DNA of 32,000 bases from Promethearchaeum syntrophicum (GTDB lineage Archaea > Asgardarchaeota > Lokiarchaeia > Sigyniarchaeales > Promethearchaeaceae): positions 1,170,001-1,202,000 of the forward strand of contig NZ_CP042905.2 in assembly GCF_008000775.2 (NCBI RefSeq), read 5' to 3'. Shown piece after piece: positions 27,560-32,000 of the stretch; position 1 is the stretch's first letter; every line of letters starts with the position of its first letter. The notes under the pieces were generated by a model. That model did no database searches and was not told the origin of the DNA. It saw only the letters and a list, made by a program, of their open reading frames with translations. The position numbers and the translations under genes were made by a program.

Positions 27560-29611
27560 ATGGCTAGGAAAAGAAAAAAGAAAGTAGAACCTCCAAAAGA
27601 GACCAAAATGGGTTTCGCAGCTGATGAACCTGTAGAGAAGCAACAAGCTGAAGAGATGAAAACTTATTCTGGTGGATCTGAGGAAATCCAATATAAGAAC
27701 CGTAGCGGAAATATTATTGAAACTTTTGATTCTGCATCAGGGAAGAAAGAAGGGGAAATTTCTTTAGGCTCACAAGGTGCTAAAGGAAAATTTGTAATGC
27801 TTGAAGTATTAGAAAAAACCGAAAATCATTATGAATATAATGGAGAAACCGACATTGAAGGTGACAGAAAAACTTCAGGTATATTCAAGATTAAAAATCC
27901 ATCAGATTCTGATAAAATTTGGGACATTGATGTCACTTTTAAAAAAGATAAACCTGTAGGGTTGGATGATGAAATTCATCTCAAAAATTTAGACCCAAAT
28001 GAGGAAAAGGAATATGAATATGAAATTGAGCAATTTGAAGAACCTGCTCTAAAAATATCTGAATTCGTTAGCACAATTAATGATGAAGATACCCTCAGTT
28101 ATTCCCTTGCAACGGGAGATGAAAATAAAGTATTATTTAAATTAGTTTTAAAGAACCTTATGGATTATCCTATTAAGAATATTGTGGTTAAGAAGGAAAT
28201 TCAAGAGGGTTATACTGATTTCAACCTACTTGGAGCTTCATTGGGATCTACAGATAATACTTCAGAATTTATTGAATGGAAGATTAATACGTTATCAGCT
28301 AATGCAGAAGCTGAATTAAAACTCAATATGAGTATCCAAATTGAAGATTCAAGCTCAAAAGTACGAACAGGGAAAATTACAGCAGAATATTCAACTCCAG
28401 ATAAAGCTTTAACCGGACTTGAAATAGATAAGTTTGATGCCTATTCAAATAACTTTGTGGGTGTTTTAGAAGAACAAAAAGATGATAAACCAGATGCGTA
28501 TGATTGTTCTGTGATGTTTATTAACGAAAGTGAATTTCAAGTAAAATTGGTTAATCTCGATGTAAAAAACGCTGTAACTGATAAAAAAGTTTTAGACATT
28601 GATCCAAATGAAATTCCAATTGTCGCTTCGGGTGCTACTTGGACATCATTACCATGGGAAACCGAAACTGATGATGGTTTAGAACCCCGCTTCCTTAAAA
28701 CAGTCGAATTCTTTTTAATTGCTTCACGAAAAGTCTCTACTCTAGGAACTATTGCAATTGATGATTTTGAATTGGCAGTGGCTGCTATTGCAGGAAAATT
28801 GGATTATTCCTTAGTACAATTAATGTCTTATAGAGTTACTCCATTTGATGCATTATTACAAGTCAAAAATACTGGTGGTGCCGATTTAAACGAAATTATT
28901 TTTGAAGAAACAATTCAAGAAGGATATGTGCCTCCAAATCCCGAAGATGTTGAAGTATACATAGTAAAAGATTATGAATCAGATATTGAAGAAGGAGATG
29001 CAGATTGGGAAAACTTGGGTGATCCTATTGAAATCGATACTGATTTAATTGAAATCAGTCCAAATAATCGAGAACCTGATACGGAACATGTTATTAGGAT
29101 TAAACTCACAGATCTAAAAGATCATGCAATGGGGATGTTCCTTCCAAATATGGTCATTCGGCTTAAATATCCTATTGAAGCATATAAACCTGCAAAAGAT
29201 TCAGAATATGTCTCAAATGTAAGATATATTGCCAACACTTATCCCGCAGGAGCTCCAATAGAATTTATTCCCGCTGCTAAAGCCAGAATTCCAGTTCTAC
29301 ATCTGAGAAGAAAAGTCCTTAAAGGGAAGAAGATTCACGCAATGGCGACAGAAGGTGAATATCAAATTGTTTTGACCATTAAGAACACAGGAGACACTTT
29401 TATTGAGAATGTCGAAATGAGAGATGTAGTACCAGACAATTTTGAGTATGGATCATATAGTTTTGAACCAGCATCAACTGATAACCTTGAAGGAAAAGAT
29501 TTATTAATCTGGAAGATTGATCGGATCGAAGCAAACGACGAATTTGAGATCACATATACAATCACCGGTAAGGGCGAATACAAAGCTAGTGATTCTCAAT
29601 TATCTGCTTGA
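27560..29611 (+). CDS. Large soluble protein with repeated DUF11-like/beta-sandwich modules
   Basis: The ORF track starts at 27449, but the ATG at 27560 (MARKRKKKVEPPKETKMG...) gives a better N-terminus (683 aa). Related modules: 'LKNLMDYPIKNIVVKKEIQEGYTDF...IEWKINTLSANAEAEL', 'VKNTGGADLNEIIFEETIQEGYVPP', 'IKNTGDTFIENVEMRDVVPDNFEYG...LIWKIDRIEANDEFEI'. Confidence 0.85.
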   Translation: MARKRKKKVEPPKETKMGFAADEPVEKQQAEEMKTYSGGSEEIQYKNRSGNIIETFDSASGKKEGEISLGSQGAKGKFVMLEVLEKTENHYEYNGETDIEGDRKTSGIFKIKNPSDSDKIWDIDVTFKKDKPVGLDDEIHLKNLDPNEEKEYEYEIEQFEEPALKISEFVSTINDEDTLSYSLATGDENKVLFKLVLKNLMDYPIKNIVVKKEIQEGYTDFNLLGASLGSTDNTSEFIEWKINTLSANAEAELKLNMSIQIEDSSSKVRTGKITAEYSTPDKALTGLEIDKFDAYSNNFVGVLEEQKDDKPDAYDCSVMFINESEFQVKLVNLDVKNAVTDKKVLDIDPNEIPIVASGATWTSLPWETETDDGLEPRFLKTVEFFLIASRKVSTLGTIAIDDFELAVAAIAGKLDYSLVQLMSYRVTPFDALLQVKNTGGADLNEIIFEETIQEGYVPPNPEDVEVYIVKDYESDIEEGDADWENLGDPIEIDTDLIEISPNNREPDTEHVIRIKLTDLKDHAMGMFLPNMVIRLKYPIEAYKPAKDSEYVSNVRYIANTYPAGAPIEFIPAAKARIPVLHLRRKVLKGKKIHAMATEGEYQIVLTIKNTGDTFIENVEMRDVVPDNFEYGSYSFEPASTDNLEGKDLLIWKIDRIEANDEFEITYTITGKGEYKASDSQLSA

Positions 29612-29729
29612 TCTACTTTTTTTATTCCATTTTTTTTTTATTTATTTAAATTCGTAAATCATTCCTTTTCGTTAAAATGACGAATAATCATCTTGAAAAA
29701 ATTAAAAATATATACGGGATAAATAGCTT

Positions 29730-30650
29730 GTGTCAGAAAATACTTTAGGACTGTTCAAAGAAAAATATCATTATGTTTATTCCCCGTCTTCTTTGAGTAG
29801 GCAGAAAAAAGTAATCAAGGCAATTCCGAAATCTGAAATCATTATAAATAAATTACCTATACCTGATAAATTTAAACCAAATCTGGAGATTCCACAATAT
29901 CCCCCTGTGATAATTTTCCCTCCAACAAAGCATTTAATGTGGCCCGTGTCTTTAAATGGTGATTCACAGATTAAATCATATCGGATGTTCATTCCTAATG
30001 AATTTCCACTCTATATCATCAGCTATGATACTCATCTTCCCTCGGATCATACCAGTGAATCGATTGCAAGAGATTTTCATGAATTTTTACGAGATATCGT
30101 ACAAGAACCTGGAATCATTATGGGTATCTCCTATGGAGGCAGTATTGCAATTCCATTTGCAGCAATGTATCCGGAATGGGTTAATAAATTAATTTTAATG
30201 GTGAGTACTTATACCGTGCGCGGTGCCGGGGTTGAGTTAGCCAAAGAATTACTTCGTTTGGCTAAAGAAGGCAAACCATTCACCTTAAAACGCAAGATTG
30301 AAGATCTTTACCACTTAAAAATTCTACGAAAAATTTTTCAATTACAATTCTGGCGAGAATGGCCAGATTTAGAAGAATCTATGAATCCGTTGTCAACCTT
30401 TATTAATGCATATTCCCATCTTCTGAATTCTCCACAATCAAGAAAGAAGTACTTATCAAAGATCGATGCTCCCACATTAATTATTGGCGGTACCGAAGAT
30501 CAATTCGCCAGTGTTGAAGATTATGAAGAAACACGGGATTTGATTCCAAACGCGTTCTTAGAACTGTATGACGGTCAAACTCATACCGTTCCGATTGAAA
30601 AAATTTTCGATGTAAGTGACATCATTAAAAAATTCATTCGCAATCAATAA
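29730..30650 (+). CDS. Alpha/beta hydrolase
   Basis: GTG start. Nucleophile elbow 'IIMGISYGGSIAIPFAAMYPEWVNKLILM', acid 'IDAPTLIIGGTEDQFASVED', C-terminal His 'DGQTHTVP'. Confidence 0.88.
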   Translation: MSENTLGLFKEKYHYVYSPSSLSRQKKVIKAIPKSEIIINKLPIPDKFKPNLEIPQYPPVIIFPPTKHLMWPVSLNGDSQIKSYRMFIPNEFPLYIISYDTHLPSDHTSESIARDFHEFLRDIVQEPGIIMGISYGGSIAIPFAAMYPEWVNKLILMVSTYTVRGAGVELAKELLRLAKEGKPFTLKRKIEDLYHLKILRKIFQLQFWREWPDLEESMNPLSTFINAYSHLLNSPQSRKKYLSKIDAPTLIIGGTEDQFASVEDYEETRDLIPNAFLELYDGQTHTVPIEKIFDVSDIIKKFIRNQ

Positions 30651-30697
30651 TCTAATTTATGATGACACTATCGAAGTTTTTTTTTTTAATAAAGGTT

Positions 30698-31828
30698 CTA
30701 TTTCGTTTTGAAAAAATAAGGAATTTCTCCGATATTCTGAGCGACATTTAATGGAGTACCTAATTGATGCAAAATTAGATGTATTTTTTGTTCCAATTCA
30801 TCACATTTGTTCAGTGTTTCAGACCAATTTAAAGCGCAAATCAAAGGTAATAAATCAGGAAACCCCTTGGAAAAATAATGAGTTTGGGTTTTAGAAAAGG
30901 GAAGATATTCTCCAAAATATTTCTGTGGATTATCAAGATAGGATAATCGATCTCCAATCCAAAGTTGTAATTCAGAGGCGGCATAAGATGCAGTCATTAA
31001 ATCTTGTTTTTTGCAAGCAGCGCGAATTTTATTTAAATATTCAAGAAAACCCAAGAATTCTTCCTTTATATCATGAACTGGAGGATCTAAAGTTTCAATA
31101 TAAGCGTTTTCAATATCTTTCTGAGTTCTTTCCGATAGTTCCTCACATACGGTTAAAATTTGATTCCAGTCTTGAGATACTAGAAGAGTTTCTACTTTTT
31201 CTGGAAAATGTTTTGGTAGTTTTGAAAATTGAAATGCTTCATGCATATTAGATCCCCAGTTTTTTGTAAGATATGTGTCATTTAATCGAGCATACACAGT
31301 GATTATATTAAAAATAAGTTCCCAAATTCCGTAGCGACCACTAACCCGATCATTGATTTTAATAGATTGTTTTAAATGATAAAATATACTCCACGGGTGA
31401 TAATCTTTCTTTATCAATGCCACATTGTTTTTATGATCACTAATTATTTTTCTAATCTTCTGTTGAAATTTTGTAAAACGATTTGTACATTTTTCACCTC
31501 TACTATAAAGTATTTTACAATCAAGAAGTCCAGAAATTTGGTATAGCCACATCGATGATTTAATTTCTGTGGTTGTTTTTTCCAATTTTTCAAAAGAACT
31601 TGCCCATGCATCAACAGGATGCTCTTGAAACATAAAGTTTAGATTTACTTGTGATTTAAATTGTTCTTTATCAGCCTCTGAATCAAATAAAGTAATCATA
31701 TCTAAATCAGAATATTGTGAACTGGAATCTCGGGCGACCGATCCATAAACTACTATGAGTTCTATCTCTGCAATGGATTTACTTAAAGTAGAGGCTATCT
31801 CTTCAGCAAGTTCGAGAAGTGATGACAT
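30698..31828 (-). CDS. Nucleotidyltransferase (DNA pol beta-like/MNT-type) with helical C-terminal domain
   Basis: 'IELIVVYGSVARDSSSQYSDLDMITLF' (GSxxR...SDxD). The internal ATG at 31828 (MSSLLELAEEIA) is preferred over the track start at 31894, whose prefix is hydrophobic and reads like upstream DNA. Confidence 0.85.
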   Translation of the reverse strand: MSSLLELAEEIASTLSKSIAEIELIVVYGSVARDSSSQYSDLDMITLFDSEADKEQFKSQVNLNFMFQEHPVDAWASSFEKLEKTTTEIKSSMWLYQISGLLDCKILYSRGEKCTNRFTKFQQKIRKIISDHKNNVALIKKDYHPWSIFYHLKQSIKINDRVSGRYGIWELIFNIITVYARLNDTYLTKNWGSNMHEAFQFSKLPKHFPEKVETLLVSQDWNQILTVCEELSERTQKDIENAYIETLDPPVHDIKEEFLGFLEYLNKIRAACKKQDLMTASYAASELQLWIGDRLSYLDNPQKYFGEYLPFSKTQTHYFSKGFPDLLPLICALNWSETLNKCDELEQKIHLILHQLGTPLNVAQNIGEIPYFFKTK

Positions 31829-31927
31829 ATACAATTCTTTGGTGAAGAAATATAAAAAAATTTTGAATTTACATAAGCCCAATTTGAATTCCATACTTTT
31901 TTTACTAAGAAGATAGAATAATACTTA

Positions 31928-32000
31928 TGACTTTTTCAATCGTAGCTTTTGATCCCAAAACGGGGGATTTAGGCGTTGCCGTTCAAAGTAAGTTTCCATG
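31928..32000 (+). CDS. Partial CDS: DUF1028-family (Ntn-hydrolase-like) protein N-terminus
   Basis: The ATG at 31928 opens a frame to the window end: MTFSIVAFDPKTGDLGVAVQSKFP, matching the characteristic DUF1028 start (TFSIVAxDPxTGxLGVAVxSKF). Absent from the ORF track. Confidence 0.8.

Noticed and set aside
29362-29992. ORFs 29362..29583 (-) and 29777..29992 (-)
   Set aside because: Antisense to the DUF11-like protein and to the alpha/beta hydrolase respectively.
30925-31251. 108 aa plus-strand ORF
   Set aside because: Antisense to the nucleotidyltransferase gene; composition consistent with a shadow ORF.
1-32000. CRISPR arrays, transposase/integrase genes, tRNA/rRNA genes, toxin-antitoxin pairs
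   Set aside because: No regularly spaced direct repeats, no DDE/tyrosine recombinase motifs, no cloverleaf-like segments and no rRNA-like GC-rich stretch were seen by eye. A tRNAscan/Rfam/minced run would be needed to be definitive.

Overview
AT-rich (about one-third G+C by eye), gene-dense archaeal chromosomal segment. I infer an Asgard/Lokiarchaeia-type archaeon from an Arf-like small GTPase fused to an N-terminal domain, a polytopic membrane protein with a possible longin/roadblock-like cytoplasmic tail, and GGTG-type Shine-Dalgarno motifs; the lineage is not proven. Recognisable functions: ferrous iron uptake (feoA-feoB) behind a perfect 14-bp palindrome, a compact four-gene ECF-type Ni/Co transporter (CbiM-PDGLE-CbiQ-CbiO), dodecin, a GH3 beta-glucosidase, B12-binding-type radical SAM protein plus LRR protein, GrpE, Arf-like GTPase, GTP-dependent PEPCK, NCS2 nucleobase permease, EamA/DMT permease, two alpha/beta hydrolases, and a nucleotidyltransferase. 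Two CDSs cut by the window edges are missing from the ORF track: a large helical protein at 1-1520 (-) and a DUF1028-like start at 31928 (+). I found no CRISPR array, transposon, rRNA or tRNA. I found no clearly defensive or mobile multigene system. The best candidates for something underexplored are the fused GTPase, the membrane/cytoplasmic-tail protein, the leader-less multi-repeat DUF11-like protein, the putative metal-responsive operator upstream of feoA, and the small Asgard-type hypothetical proteins.
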